Positions 14,088 through 28,105 of a DNA stretch of 64,000 nt are shown here, in pieces. The DNA is from Eledone cirrhosa (lineage: Eukaryota), in assembly GCA_964016885.1 (NCBI GenBank), contig OZ024741.1, positions 227,230,001 through 227,294,000 of the forward strand, written 5' to 3'. The notes under the pieces are model-generated. The model was not told the DNA's origin, ran no database searches, and saw only the letters and a list, made by a program, of their open reading frames with translations. The position numbers and the translations under genes are program-made. Each line of letters begins with the position of its first letter. The stretch's first letter is position 1.

Positions 14088-15110
14088 ACGTCACATCGTA
14101 CCTGTCACGTATGGCGGCCTTGGCCTCCGGTCCCCGATCTCACTGGCTTTGCCGGCGTATCTTTCGTCGGTAAACTCATGCCGCGTCCTCGTCAGCAGGG
14201 TTCTTCTAAACACAATAGAACGCTCTGTGTTCAGAGAACTTGAGGCCGCCTGTGAGACGTGGGACCGGCTGCGACTCAGCCCAGTAGACGTCCCTCCTCC
14301 TTCTCCGACTGTTGATGTCAAGTCCCCCCAAAGCACTTAGGATGCCATCCAGTGCAGCCTGGCCTCAGACAGGCTCACGCGCCAGCTTGACCAACACCGC
14401 CTTGCCTGTTTTCGTGCGGCCTCCAAAACCCACAGTGGTGCCTGGCTCCATGCCCTGCCCTCCTTCTCCACTGGCACGCAGCTAGACAATAATAGCCTGC
14501 GCATTGGCATTTCCTTGAGGCTCAGCCTCCGGATCTGCGAGCCACACCAATGTCGCCGTGGACCCTTTCGGCCTCCGCCCGCTTTCCTGTCGCCACAGTG
14601 CCGGCCACCTCACAGTGCTGCCCTCAGCGAGGTCATAAAGCATGGCTTGGACGCTGCAGGCTTCCCTTCCCAGCTTGAGCCGGTGGGGCTGGACCGAGGG
14701 GACGGCAAAAGGCCAGATGACATGACCATCTTCCCGTTCCACGGTGGCAAACCCCTCGTCTGGGATGCCACTTGCACCGACAGTTTCTGCAGCCGCAACT
14801 TGGTGCAGTCCGCGGCTAACCCAGGTTCTGCTGCACGTCGGTCTGAGGAGGCCAAACTCCTCAAATACCGGTCGCTCTCTGACAGGTTTGTGGTTGTACC
14901 CCTGGCAGTGGAGACTTCTGGTGTCCTTGGCCCTGGGGCTGCCTCGCTACTCACCACCGTAGGCACTGAGCTGGCCAGCCGCAGGTGTGATCCCCGTGAG
15001 TTGGATTGGCTTTTCCAGCGCGTCTCCCTTGCTGTCCTCCGGGGAAACGCCTTCTCCATTTTGACCGCCGGGGCTGAGGGGAGGGGGGGGGGGGCATCGC
15101 GTATCATTCC
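14088..15110 (+). mobile_element. 5'-truncated CRE-like non-LTR retrotransposon, restriction-like endonuclease end
   Basis: GGLGLRSP..LALPAYLSS, SGAWLHALP, LEPVGLDRGDGKRPD, LVWDATC, PLAVETSG, LFQRVSLAVLRGNAFSIL. Contains stops and frameshifts. Confidence 0.85.
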
Positions 15111-15269
15111 ATATTTAATTATGGTCGGTATGTGTATGTTTATATATATTAATTTTATTTTCATTCAGTATTATGTCATTCTTCATAGCTTTTCTCTAAT
15201 ATTATCTTCCATCAAAATAAAGTAATAAAAATGTGAATATTGAATTACATTTGATGTTATGATTTAGAG

Positions 15270-15567
15270 CAGGGGTGTGCAACATATTCCATTGGCGGGC
15301 CACTTTTGAACATTGGAACAACTATTAGGGCCATTAATATATATTAGGCACTATTCCAAAGATGCACCACAACTTCTTTCCATAACATGGAACTGGGAAA
15401 TTATAACACATAACCCTATAAGTGAAGCCCTTTAGTATAGGTCAACTAACAGAAAATTGTATTACGGTTACGAAAAAAATGCCAAATAAGCCTACAAGGT
15501 AAAAATTAAAAACTCGCGGGCCACTCTGACTGGTCTGGCGTGGTGGGCCGCCTGTTGCTCGCCCCTG
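15270..15567. mobile_element. hAT (Charlie-like) non-autonomous DNA transposon
   Basis: TIR CAGGGG...CCCCTG, subterminal GCGGGCC motifs, and an exact 8-bp TSD ATTTAGAG at 15262-15269 and 15568-15575. Confidence 0.85.
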
Positions 15568-15569
15568 AT

Positions 15570-15945
15570 TTAGAGCGTCGGACACCATGCTTCGTAGAAG
15601 AGAATTACAGTCATTTATGTTCAAATCCGCCAAGGTTAGCTTTGCCTTTCATCTTTACGGGGTCGATAAAATAAAGCACCAGTGAGAATTGGGGTCGATT
15701 TAATCCCCCCCCCCCCCTCCCCAAGAATTGCTGGCCTTGCGCCTATAGTAGAAATCATCATCAACTGCCTGTTGTCAGCATCAGTAGAGCGTCGGACACC
15801 AAGCTTTGTATCATAGAGTTACGGCCCTTTACGTTCTGAGTTTAAATCCTGCCGAGGTTAGCTTTGCTTTTTATCCTTACGGGGTCGATGAAATAAAGTA
15901 CCAGTAACGTACGGGGGTCTATTTAATCGACTTTCGCCTTCCCTT
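15570..15945 (+). mobile_element. Two tandem tRNA-derived SINE copies
   Basis: B-box-like TTCAAATCC/TTTAAATCC and body GGGGTCGATAAAATAAAG. Confidence 0.8.
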
Positions 15946-16949
15946 CTAGAAACTGTTAGTGGTCGTAGCGAAAGAGATGGTGTGGTGGAAGTGCTTGAAA
16001 AATTGGAGGGCAGGCACTTTCCACTTCGGCTAAGCCTTGATTAACTTTTTCAACTTTCACTTTCACAGAGGTAAATCGAAGGGGCGAGGGAAGTGTTGCC
16101 TTTCAACCAATTTGTTGAAAGGTAAGTGAGAATTGCGAGCATGGTCTCTCAGTGTGCGCCTGTAGATTGTAGGTGGAATAGTGGGAGGTGGCTCTTGATC
16201 TAACAGTCAGGGTGACTTTGGCTTTTTGTGGTTTTTCTCCACGAGTGACCCTCGGAAGTTTCCCTGCTATTGTTGAATTCTCTAACTTTCTTTTTTTTTT
16301 AGATACCTTTTTATATGATCAAATCACATTGTATCGAACTATACCGCCCTTAATGTGAACACTTCGTGATTAATACAAGAATTATTATTATTTATTATCT
16401 TAATATTATTGGCTGGTAGTTTGTGCAGATATATTATTGTAGACACCCGTAAGCTTGGCCTTTTCGCATATTTAAATCGTTGTTTTTGTTGATTGCCTTT
16501 GTTACAAAGAGGACACAAGGCCTCAATCTTTGCCGTCAAGAAGGGGCAGCCCATAATATTTGGGCCAGCTCTTAAAACTCCCGTGGAAGAGACAGGGTCC
16601 ACTAGTGAGGTGGCCCATCTGTTGCCAGCACTCTTTACACACATGACTGGGCATGTCGTAGCTAATGATGCGCTGACAGGTGCTGAGGCTACGTCATTTC
16701 CAGATATTCCTAAACGGTGAACAGGTGTAGCCGTCCTTTTTTAGGTTCGTCGTTCTGCAGCTCGTCTCTTTGACTGAGCTACAATTGTGAGACTGCGCAC
16801 TTGGTATCCGGTATGTGGTCAGGTGCTCACAGCTCTCTACCAATCTGGCAATGCCATCAGTGGATATTCCACTCTAGAGCTCTATAGAGGACTTGTAGTG
16901 GGCAAGAGTGACGATGCTCTCGGAGAGATTCTTACCTTATCAGTTGATA

Positions 16950-17262
16950 CCAGATCATACCTTATCAGTTGAATTTTCTTGGGTAGTACCCAAGAAAATT
17001 CAACTGATAAGGTATGATTTCCTTGGCTATGTCAACATTTGTAAAACACTCTTTGTATTTTATCTGATGAAAGCGTACCAAAGTTTTTTTTTGGTACCCT
17101 TGAAATATATATAATAGAATAAACATGGTTTTATAAATATAGTTTCCATTTATTTAATATCATTGAATATTTACTCCAGAAATCTGTCGAGTGCTCTAAA
17201 TCAGTTATAAACATTTATATTTGTTGTATTTCTAACAAATTAAATATCCCTTCTACTTATAT
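16950..17262 (+). mobile_element. Second copy of the 863-1292 family with a short hairpin head and hammerhead (17059-17118)
   Basis: ATCATACCTTATCAGTTGAATTTTCTTGGGTA g TACCCAAGAAAATTCAACTGATAAGGTATGAT, then sequence closely matching 1031-1292. Confidence 0.8.
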
Positions 17263-18084
17263 ACATATATATATATATATATATTAGAATTGGAGCTCTG
17301 AAATAGCAATATATATATGGATGTATATATCATGTATTTTACAATACACTTTATGCTTAATTAAAAGCATTTTGAAGACCCTAAGCTATTGTTTTAAAGT
17401 AGTGACAAATTCACTCACTTTGATCTCAGGAAACAGGGGAGATAAGCCGACAAGACTTGTTTCGCTTTGGTTGAAGCTTATCAAGGCCAACTACCCCACC
17501 TGTCTGCTGAGATCATTGATGTTATATTCTTATAGAAATCTAGTAAATAATCAGGAGCTGATTATGCAGAGCGGTTGTTGGTCAGGCAGAAATTAAAAAT
17601 TAGAATATATATATATACAAATTTGGTGGTTCACCACTGGGTAGAATTGGTTATTCTGCAATATTAAACATGATGTAATAATAGAAAAGCAAAGCACTCG
17701 ACGTTACGCAACTCATCCATTTTGATCTTGAATCCTGCTGGTGGTGCGGAAACGGAGTTAAATATATCATAAAGTAAAATGACTTGAGGACGAGCAGGTT
17801 GAATTCCCTTAATTATTTATTCCTGCAAACACTGCACATTTCATCCGGTGTGCATTGCACAATAGTTGTATACCAAAGGAATGATGGAAAACACATAATG
17901 TTTGCAGAAACAAATAATTAAGGGAATTTAACCTGTCCGGGCTCCTATAATTTTATTTCATAATATATAGTCCGACGAGCTTTTGATTTTAGCGTCGGGC
18001 CAGATCGATACAGATCGAACCTTGAGCTGATCAATAGCGAAATTAATAAACATAATGAAGACCTAACAAATCGTCCTATTGTTA

Positions 18085-18560
18085 TGGATTGGCAGTATCG
18101 GTAGAGGGTCGGACACCATGCTTTGCGGCATAGAGTTACGGCCCTTTACGGTCTGAGTTCAGATCCCGCCGAGGTTAACTTTGCCTTTTATCTTTACGGG
18201 ATCGATAAAATAAAACACCAGTAACGTACTAGGGTCGATTTAATCGACTTTACCCTCCCCCAAAATTGCCTTTCATCCTTACGGGGTCGATAAAATAAAG
18301 TACCAGTAATGCACTGGTTAATTGCAGGCCTTGTGCCATAAGTAGAAACAATTATTATTATTATCATTATTACAAGGGCGGTGGATTGGCAGTATCGGTA
18401 GAGGGTCGGACGCAATGCTTTGACGCATAGAGTTGCGGCCCTTGCCATTCTGAGTTCAAATCCCGCCGAGGTTAACTTTGCCCTACGGGGTCGATAAAAT
18501 AAAGTACCAGTAATGCACTGAGTAATTGCTGGCCTTGTGCCAAAAGTAGAAACAATTATT
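18085..18560 (+). mobile_element. Two tRNA-derived SINE copies
   Basis: A and B boxes plus the conserved body. Confidence 0.85.
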
Positions 18561-19369
18561 ATCATTATTACACACACACACACACATATATATATATAAT
18601 CGAGATGCATTTGAAGGCATATACTACATGCTTATGTATAACAAACATAAAAGAGTTCGCTATGACGTTACATGCATGTATCTCAGTAGCCGGTGAAAAT
18701 GTCACGCATGCGTATCTGGATTTTTCCCATCATCGTTAGCATTTACTTATTTGGTACAGGCAAGAATGAGCTAAAGTGTATATGCCTTTTTTTCGGGTGA
18801 AAGATCGGCCGCAAATTCTCATTGCACATAGAAATTAGCAGCTTTTCAAATTACTTATTTAAAATCAGTAATTTCGACGAAACTGCGATGTAAACCGTTA
18901 TTATAAATAGCAAATATTATCTAGTCTCAATGAAGTTTATATATAGAATAACATTCAGGCTTTGATTTTACTGAAGTCTTGCCCATGTGTTTTTTTTTAC
19001 ACTAACTCACAATTTTGGTTTTTACTGCGGATTACCCATGCGAAATATTACACAAACTCACAGCCTTAGATTTTGTACTTCTAGCGTTTTTATTTTCCTT
19101 CTCTTTGCATGTTCAGTGCTCTTTCTCTCCCACTGTATTTACCTGCCTCTTACATGACCAAATTCCTCTACACGCACTCATAACCCCCCCCCCCCCCTCT
19201 TCTCCACTTTCTATTCCTCCCCTTGCTCACCCCTTACTTCGCCCTCGCGCACAGCCCACCTATGTATTCGTTCAACCCGTCGGTAGCCCTATGTTTCGAC
19301 CGAACTATCACCGGCGATTGCCGATTGATAAAGTTGCCACCACTTTAACCTAGTCCACTCTAGGTGGCG

Positions 19370-22300
19370 GTAGCATGCGTCGAACGACCAAGACACCTGC
19401 TTGGTGGAACAACTATGTGACAACCGGTCAGCCTTCGACCTCTCATTCTCCACCAACTTCAGCACGCACGAGAGGAGCTAACTTTCCCTCACCTACCCCT
19501 CCTCCTATTCACGGCAGATTCCGAACGAATCCAACCCGGCCAACTACACCACCCCTACAACTGTTAGTTCACACCCAACCTCCGCTCTAGTCCCACCGTT
19601 AGAACCACTACTGCCTCCTTTACTGACTCACTCCCTCCACCGAATTCCAGCGCTGGCCCTCTACAGTCGGCTGCTGCCAGCCCACCACCTGATTGCGCTC
19701 TCTGTGCCTGCACTAGCTGGTACTTAAAGACAATTAAATGTCACCTATGCCACGCAAGCTACCACAGAAGCCGTGTCGGCATCACCACAGCTCAAGCCGA
19801 AAGGCTTCAACACTGGACCTGTAATCGGTGCCACTTCAGCTCCGACGCTTCGATGACCAACTCTCTACCGAGGCCTTTGCCACAGCCCACCAGGGCTTCT
19901 CTGAATCAAAACGCATTAACCGGATCCCTAAGGGAGCTTGGAATAGCTTTGCACGTGCCCTCTCTAATTTATTGAAAAACGTTTGCTCGTCCAACAATAG
20001 GTCTGATTGGCAGAATTTGTTTTTGTTTCCTCTCATCTCTCTTCACGTGCACAATGCGAATTCGGGTTCCCTCACGTCCTCTCTCAAGCGCCAGTTCCAG
20101 CTGTTTGAGTCCACCCAAACCACGTCTCATCTCAGCTCGACATCGAGCTTGGCGTCCACCAACAGACAACCGGTAAACCTCAAGCGAGCGGTCAATGCCA
20201 AATTCAGCGAATTTGACATTAAAGGGACTGTCAGTCTCCTCTCTTCTCTGTCCCTTCTTGCTCCGTGCAACTCTGATTCTCTTGAGCGACTGAAAGAGAA
20301 GCACCCATCGGCACCCCCATATGATTAGCTACACTGGCCCGAACCACCAGAATACACGAAACCGGTTTACACCACCGATATCATTAGAAAGGCGATTTCA
20401 TCCTTCCCCGCTGGGTCAGGTGCGGGAATTGACGGCCTTCGTCCTCAACACCTCAAAGATGGTATCTCCTTATCGGTCGGTGACGCTGGACTCGAGCTCT
20501 TGGAGAGTCTGACTCAGTTTGTGAATCAATTCTCTTCAGTGAACGTTCTCCCATTCATTCGCCCACTTTTCTTCGGTGCGAAGCTATTTGGTCTCACCAA
20601 GCCCAACGGGACCTGCGCCCCATTGCGGTTGGCTGCACCCTTCGCCGCCTCACTGCAAAGGCATGTTTGCTGTTGGTCTCCGACTCACTGGCAGAGGAAT
20701 TTTCCCCCATCCAGTTGGGGTGGGTACCAAGTTGGGATGTGAGGTTGCTGTCCACGCTACCAGAGCATTTACCAACTTGCCCTCCTCGTCCCCCAAGGTC
20801 ATCCTCAAACTTGACCTCAAGAATGCATTTAACTCCGTCAGCCGCGACATCGTCCTCGGCTCAGTATGAGAGAGGGTCCCACAACTCTACCACTTTGCTT
20901 GGCAGGCTTATCGGGAGCCCTCCTACCTCTCTTTCGGTGACCAAATCATCACCTCTGCCTCAGGAGTCCAACAAGATGACCCACTCAGGCCTGCTCTGTT
21001 TGCACTGGGCATTGATGATGGGGGTTGAGTTGGACCTCAATGTTTGGTACCTCGACAACGCCTGTTTGGGGGGAACTCCGGATATGGTTCTCGCCACTGC
21101 CAACTCCGAATATGGTTCTCGTCACTGCCAACAAGATGGTTGAGGAGCTTGGCCGCCGAGGTCTCCAGGTCAATAGCTCCAAATGTGAGCTCTGGATCCT
21201 CAACCACCCGGATTCTCAACACCAACAGCTAATCGACCTGTTTGCAGAGTCCTTCCCTTCCACCGCGTTCCCTCCCCCGTCGGCTTGGTGCTCCTTAGGA
21301 GCCCCTATCACAGACCTGGCCTTCGAGTCAATCTTCCAATCGAAGATGGTTGGCTTTGAGTAGCTGCTGAGGAATATCGAAGTTATCGAACCCCATCAAG
21401 GCTTCTTCATACTCAGGAACTACCTGTTTATTCCTAAGCTTCTGTATCTGCTCAGGGTCAGCCCCACTCACAGATTTCCGTCCTGCCTCCAACGCTTCGA
21501 CGACCTAATCTTCGAGAGACTCGAGTGCCTGGACAATGTTAGACTCTCTCCAGAGTCCGCGATCAGGCTGCGTTGCCCAAGCGATTTGAGGGTCTTGGTC
21601 TTCGTAAGTGTTCCTTCCTCTCTCTCCCCTGCTTCCTTTCCTCTACCCACGCTTGCTCCACCCTGGTGAGCAGCATCCTCTCCTCTCCAACATCACTAGT
21701 TCCAACAGGGAGTTGGGTGAAGCTCTCCAGCAATGGAGTGAGTTGGGCTTGTCTCTTCCTGAGAAGGTGGAGGACAGTCGAAGTCAGAGAAATTGACAGC
21801 ATAAGTTCGAAGGCCACCTTTGACTCCATCTTCGTCCAGTCATATCAGTTTGCAAGGTACCGCTTACTATCTGCCAGCGCCAATTACTCAGGCAACTGGG
21901 TTGATGCCCTACCCGTGGTCAACGTTGGTAGCCTACTCAGCCTGGACGAACTTCGTGTCTCCATCGCCCTCACAGTGGGAACTGATGTCTGCATGGGTTT
22001 GAGGTGCCGATGTGGCAAGCTCCTCGACTCCACAGGCCTCCACGGTCTTTCTTGCCGCCTGAATGCCGACCGCTTTGCGCGTCACACGGAGTTAAACCTC
22101 ATTCTGAAGAGAGCTTTGGCCCGGGCGAATATCTCCTCAGTCTTGGAACCACCTGGGTTGTCCAGAAGTGACGGCAAAACACCTGAGGGCCTTACCCTGT
22201 GCCCCTGGTCGAGAGGCAGGTGCCTTGTCTGGGACGTCACTGTTATGACTCTTTTACTCTTTCCTACATCCTGGATGCTGCAGTTAGGACGAGAGCCACA

Positions 22301-22560
22301 GCTTCAGCAGCCTAGCGGAGTAAGACCGTCAAATATTCTGATCTGTTGGCCAGCTACATTTTTCAGCCTGTTGCTTTCGAAACGTTTGGGGGAGTCGAGC
22401 CGCTGACTGTGAGGTTCCTCTCTTCACTGGCGGCTCGCCTAATAGAGGTAACTGGCGAATCTCGCGAGGGCGCTTCGCTGTTTCAGCGCATCACCCGAGG
22501 CAACGCTGCGAATGGGCTGGTTTGCCTCAAAATCATTAGAGAGGCTGCCCAGTACTCCTC
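19370..22560 (+). mobile_element. Near-full-length degenerate CRE-like non-LTR retrotransposon (PHD finger, RT, CCHC, RLE)
   Basis: RIPKGA, AGIDGLRPQHLKD, LKLDLKNAFNSV, GVQQDDP, WYLDN, CRCGKLLDSTGLHGLSC, RHTELN, LEPPGLSRSDGKTPEG, LVWDVT, PVAFETFG. Multiple frameshifts and stops. Confidence 0.88.
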
Positions 22561-22948
22561 GCGACGTTGCTGTCTTTTGCTCTGGTTGTTCACCCCTTCC
22601 TTTACATTTTCTTTAATATTGTAACATTAAAAGAATGTATCTTTCTGAATGAATCGCGAGCTATTTACAATGTTATCGAAGCATTTGTAATGTTCTTTAT
22701 TATGTAAACTAGCAGAAAAACCGCCCTTCAGGTGTTTTCTGCTACCATGTGTAGTGTGTATATTGATATTATCCGCAGGTATATATACATGTAGATATGA
22801 TACATCAAATCAAATCATAATTGACAATATATAATACATAGAAATTGAACGAAGACTGCGTTACACTGTCTTATGTAATCAGTAACGTAATCCATGATAC
22901 ATTAAAAAAGACGATATTATATATAAACTGCATTAGGAGAAAATTAAT

Positions 22949-23134
22949 TGTTTCTACTTTAGGCAGAAGGCCAGCAATTACACCAGTGCATTACTGGTAC
23001 TTTATTTTATCGACCCCGTAAGGATGAAAGGCAAAGTTAACCTCGGCGGGATTTGAACTCAATCCGTAAAGGGATGTAACTATGCTGCAAAGCATGGCGT
23101 CCGACCCTCTACCGATACTGCCAATCCACCTCCC
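22949..23134 (-). mobile_element. tRNA-derived SINE with 16-bp TSD
   Basis: TTAGGAGAAAATTAAT at 22933-22948 and 23135-23150. Confidence 0.9.
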
Positions 23135-23316
23135 TTAGGAGAAAATTAATGACAGAAAATTAGTATGTTTATTTAAGCGAGGGCCAACCGGAAGTGTTGA
23201 CATTTCAGAAATTTTAAAGAAGTGAATCTTTAAATAAACAAAATATATTTAATCAACAGCCACGAAATTTAGTAGATAAATTATGTAATATTCATTCATT
23301 ATTTATTCAAAGTAAT

Positions 23317-23507
23317 AGGGCGGTGGATTGGCAGTATCGGTAGAAGGTTGGGCACCATGCTTTGACGTATAGAGTTGTGGCCCTTACCATTCTGAGTTCA
23401 AATCCCGCCGAGGTTAACTTTGCCTTTTATCCTTACGGGGTCGATAAAATAACGTACCAGTAATACACTGGGGGTAATTGCTGGCCTTGTGCCAATAGTA
23501 GAAACAA
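23317..23507 (+). mobile_element. tRNA-derived SINE with ~18-bp TSD
   Basis: TTATTTATTCAAAGTAAT on both sides. Confidence 0.9.
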
Positions 23508-23862
23508 TTATTTATTCAAAGTAATCCAACTTATTTTACAAACGGGATAAAAAAAAACCAAAAAACCGTACGTAATCCCGCAGACCTTCCTTTATTATAG
23601 TTTAGATATTTTAAACATATTTGTTATGTTATTCTACTGTAAATTTATTTATATGCTCTGTTTATATTTTCATTCTGAAAGAATTGCAAACGATTTGTAA
23701 TATTATTCATACAACTATGAATAAAATTAAATATGTTTATAGTAAAAAAAAAAAAATAATAAAAAAAAAAGTATATATTGTATAAATAGTACATGTCATT
23801 AATTCAGTGCATGTTTGCTGCGTTTATTACACATACATACATACGTGTATATATATATATAT

Positions 23863-25170
23863 ATCATAAAAGATGTCTATAGAATCACAAGATAAAATAT
23901 ATACCATTTCCTCTCCCAATTAGCATAATTAACTATATAAAAAATCGAATAGACCAGGCTATAAGAATGAGGCTTCTATGAAGAAATCTCCAACAAATAG
24001 CCGAAACTAGCCCTTCACGTCGGCCGCAACGGAATATTTATCGAATATTTCGACAGCGTAATCGCCCAGATACAGTCAACTAAACAGAATTAGGTTCTAA
24101 AATAAACTAGGAGAAAATAGAATACATTTAAATACCTCTACCATGGTTTCATCCGCATTTTGAGATTTCCAATAATTATGTAATAATTATATAACTCGAG
24201 CACCGGATTCATCAGGAGATTTGCTCTGATCTAGACACTAAATTTTCCAAAGTGATCGCGCCAAGAATTCATTCAAAATGGCTAAGAATCGTGACGTAGT
24301 CGTGGTCAGGTTGGAAGGGGTGTGGTAGTTGCTTACGACTGGTGGCTTTTTTGCTAGAAAGCACAGCACAATACAGCCAAATTTGTATCTCAACCTAATG
24401 GGAGATTATTACTTAATGGAAGATTATTATTTAATTTATTAAATTTTCATTGAGCCACAAAGTGACCCGTTGCAAAACACGTATATGTATATGTATGTAT
24501 ATATGTAAACTTTTATATGTAATAATCTCCCATTAGGTTGAGATACAAATTTGGCTGTATTGTGCTGTGCTTTCTAGCAAAAAAGCCACCAGTCGTAAGC
24601 AACTACCACACCCCTTCCAATCTGACCGCGACTACGTCACGATTCTTAGCCATTTTGAATGAATTCTTGGCGCGATCACTTTGGAAAATTTAGTGTCTAG
24701 ATCAGAGCAAATCTCCTGATGAATCCGGTGCTCGAGTTATATAATTATTACATAATTATTGGAAATCTCAAAATGCGGATGAAACCATGGTAGAGGTATT
24801 TAAATGTATTCTATTTTCTCCTAGTTTATTTTACACCTAATTCTGTTTAGTTGACTGTATCTGGGCGATTACGCTGTCGAAATATTCGATAAATATTCCG
24901 TTGCGGCCGACGTGAAGGGCTAGTTTCGGTTATTTGTTGGAGATTTCTTCATAGAAGCCCCATTCTTATAGCCTGGTCTATTCGATTTTTTATATAGTTA
25001 ATTATGCTAATTGGGAGAGAAAATGGTATATATTTTATTTTATCTTGTGATTCTATAGACATGTTTTATGATATATAGCTCTGATTATTTAATTTATTAA
25101 ATTTTCATTGAGCCACAAATGACCCGTTGCAAAACACGTATATGTATATGTATGTATATATATATGTAAA

Positions 25171-25178
<8 letters not shown>
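23863..25178. mobile_element. Large fold-back PLE-type element: ~555-bp inverted arms (23863-24413 and 24520-25076)
   Basis: Arms are nearly identical reverse complements. The spacer is a direct repeat of 25082-25178. Flanked by (TA)n, with a hammerhead in each arm. Confidence 0.85.
24712..24797 (+). ncRNA. Type-I hammerhead motif with long loop II (mirror 24134-24219, minus)
   Basis: tctc CTGATGA ATCCG ... CGGAT GAAA ccatgg TA gagg. Stem III is the palindrome ACCATGGT. Confidence 0.75.
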
Positions 25179-25227
<49 letters not shown>

Positions 25228-25242
25228 TTTTATTCCTTTATT

Positions 25243-25548
25243 CCGTAACTCCTAGGGGCATCGACATGACATGCGGCGTTTCTTGGGCATTTTAATCCTG
25301 GCGGAGCCCATCCTTCTCCAGGTCTGAGTACAGAAGACTTCTTCCAGAGAACGATTAAAAGTGAGAGAGAAGAAATAGAAAGAGATATAGAGGAAGAATC
25401 GATCCCAGTTCTAGGCTGTTATTATTTTATTGACCTCGAAAGGATGAAAGGCAATGTTGACCTCGGTGGGACTTGAACTCCGAGAGCAGAGAACTGGAAC
25501 GAATACCATTTTATCCGACGGTCTAACGACTCTGCCAATTCGCCGCCG
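25243..25548 (-). mobile_element. tRNA-derived SINE subfamily with a distinct 3' body
   Basis: Related copies at 34698-35018 and 59905-60175. Same core GGATGAAAGGCAA...GACCTCGG but a different tail. Confidence 0.7.
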
Positions 25549-25554
25549 TGTGTT

Positions 25555-25586
<32 letters not shown>

Positions 25587-26057
25587 GGGGGTATGTGTGC
25601 TTGAGAATATGTGTGTGTGATAGAGAGAATGTGTGTGCTTGAGCATATTGGTGTGTGTGTGCGTGCGCACGTGAGCGTGTGTGTATATGAGAAAGAGTGT
25701 GTGTAGTTCAAATGTCGGGCTGTTTATGCCTACACATGTTTTGGTACAAGTGCCTGAATAATATTTAACCATTCACATGGAACTGGCCTAAATCTGAAGC
25801 GAAGCGAAGTTAGCAAGTGTTGTTAGAGATGAAACAACACGACAAAATAAATAGTTTCGTTTAAATATAAAATTTACTTCACTTCAGCGAATAAAAGAAC
25901 AAAGAATAAGATTACTTACAAGTCATAAAGGTTGACGATGTTTTTGCTGTTATTTCGTTATTCTGAAATAGAGAGTGGCAAGAAATCATTTGTTAGTAGT
26001 AGCAGCAAGGTAGTAGTCAAAGCCCAGTGACAAGAGAAGGTGAGAGTATGTAAGACC

Positions 26058-26113
<56 letters not shown>

Positions 26114-26980
26114 AAGAGTAAGAGTAAGAGTAAAAGTCTGTAGACCCCAAGGTGTCTGTAGAAAGCAAAGGTTTTACATTGTTACTCTATCAGGAACTTC
26201 TCCGAACTGCCCTTTTGCTTGGTCTAAGACAGGCTATTTATATATGTCGCTTTCTCTGTCCCCTGCCTTGAGAACCACCGGGGTGACCTCCAGAGATCGC
26301 CCACGCATAGACATGTTTACGCCAAAAAGGAGGTAAGCCAGAATTTGACCGTTAAATGTCACCCAGGGTCCAAGGTGTGGACAGATTTCACTACAAATCC
26401 ATTTACTTTCCTTTGCCTAAAATATGATTGTGTTAGAAGTTGTACAAATATTTCTTTCTATAAACGACAGTAATTTTGAATGAAATTATAAAAAAAAAAT
26501 ACTAAGACATTGTAGAAATGGCTCCTGTTGATGATATTAAAAATCTCCAGGCCATGTTTCTCTACCATGTATCGGATCAACAGATATATCCAGCATGTTC
26601 TAATCCTATGTGGTTTAGTGCCTAGTCCGAATAACCATGGGATTTGAACCTAGAAAGTTCCCTCCGAGGCAAGGTTGTTTTGTCCACGAGACAGCTTGGC
26701 ATCAGTGACGTCGCAACTCATTTTTACAGCTAAGTGAACTGGAGTAATGTGTCTTGCTTAAGAACACACTACAAAGCCCTGTCCGAGAATCAAACTCACA
26801 ACTTCACCCTTGTAAACCCGACGCTCCAATCACCAAGACATACGTCTGTAGTAACGCTCTGTTATATCAGCAACATGCGTACGTAACTGTCACATTTACA
26901 CACACATGCACACACATACACATACACCCACACACTGATGACTGAATATTCAGTAACATATCATAAATTTAGTTAATAAT

Positions 26981-27070
26981 TGTTTCTACTTTAGGCACAA
27001 GGCCAGCAAATCACCCAGTGTATTACTGGTACTTTATTTTATCGACCCCGTAAGGATGAAAGGCAAAGTT
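26981..27070 (-). mobile_element. 5'-truncated SINE with 17-bp TSD
   Basis: TAAATTTAGTTAATAAT on both sides. Confidence 0.8.
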
Positions 27071-27753
27071 AAATTTAGTTAATAATGCATGAAGAAGAAC
27101 TCCAGTATGACCATAACTGATAATGATCTGACTATAGATAAAATTGTTGCTTAGCTTGAGTTCAACACTGTTAGGGCTGATATATAATCAATGGCATTCC
27201 AGCTATGCCTTCCACTAATCAAATGGGTCATGTTCTAAGACAGTGGAGTATGATTTGTTAGTATTTGGCTACTATGTTTAACTAATCAGGCGACCACGTA
27301 AATAACCACCGAGCGTGTGTAACAGTATGGAGAAGGTCTGACTAAACAAATGTCACATATCAAGTTAAATAACTCAGAAAAGGCAAGAACGTAAGGGAAC
27401 TTACTCTCAGCTAGTTTTAATATAGTAAAGTTCGAGTTACCGCCCTTGAGCATCATTTACAGGAATAGATTACAACGAATTATTTTTGCTGGAAATCAAC
27501 CACTCTCAGGTCTCGAAAAATCGTCCCCATCCCAAAATTATTAATTTTTAAGATTTTCTCCATCCACTCCGCTATTTTCCCAAGCCCCTGCTTATTAAAA
27601 TTTTCTAATATCTTACCAGTAAAATTTTATTTTAACTGGTAGCATTCCTACCAATGGGTGGGTCACTTTGATTTTCTTTTTACCTAGGTAAAATCTGGAT
27701 GATATTACGAAGTTATTTTCGATGGGCATTTTACTTCAACCACAGCTCTTGTT

Positions 27754-28105
<352 letters not shown>

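Noticed and set aside
16339-16644. PLE endonuclease C-terminus on the minus strand
   Set aside because: Resemblance is too weak to call by eye.
18376-18470. tRNA genes at SINE heads
   Set aside because: A and B boxes are present but there is no cloverleaf, and they continue into SINE bodies.
21074-21132. 28-bp tandem duplication in the CRE RT as a programmed feature
   Set aside because: Best explained as a post-insertion slippage frameshift.
25818-26396. Solo LTR (TG...CA)
   Set aside because: No TSD and no second copy in the window.
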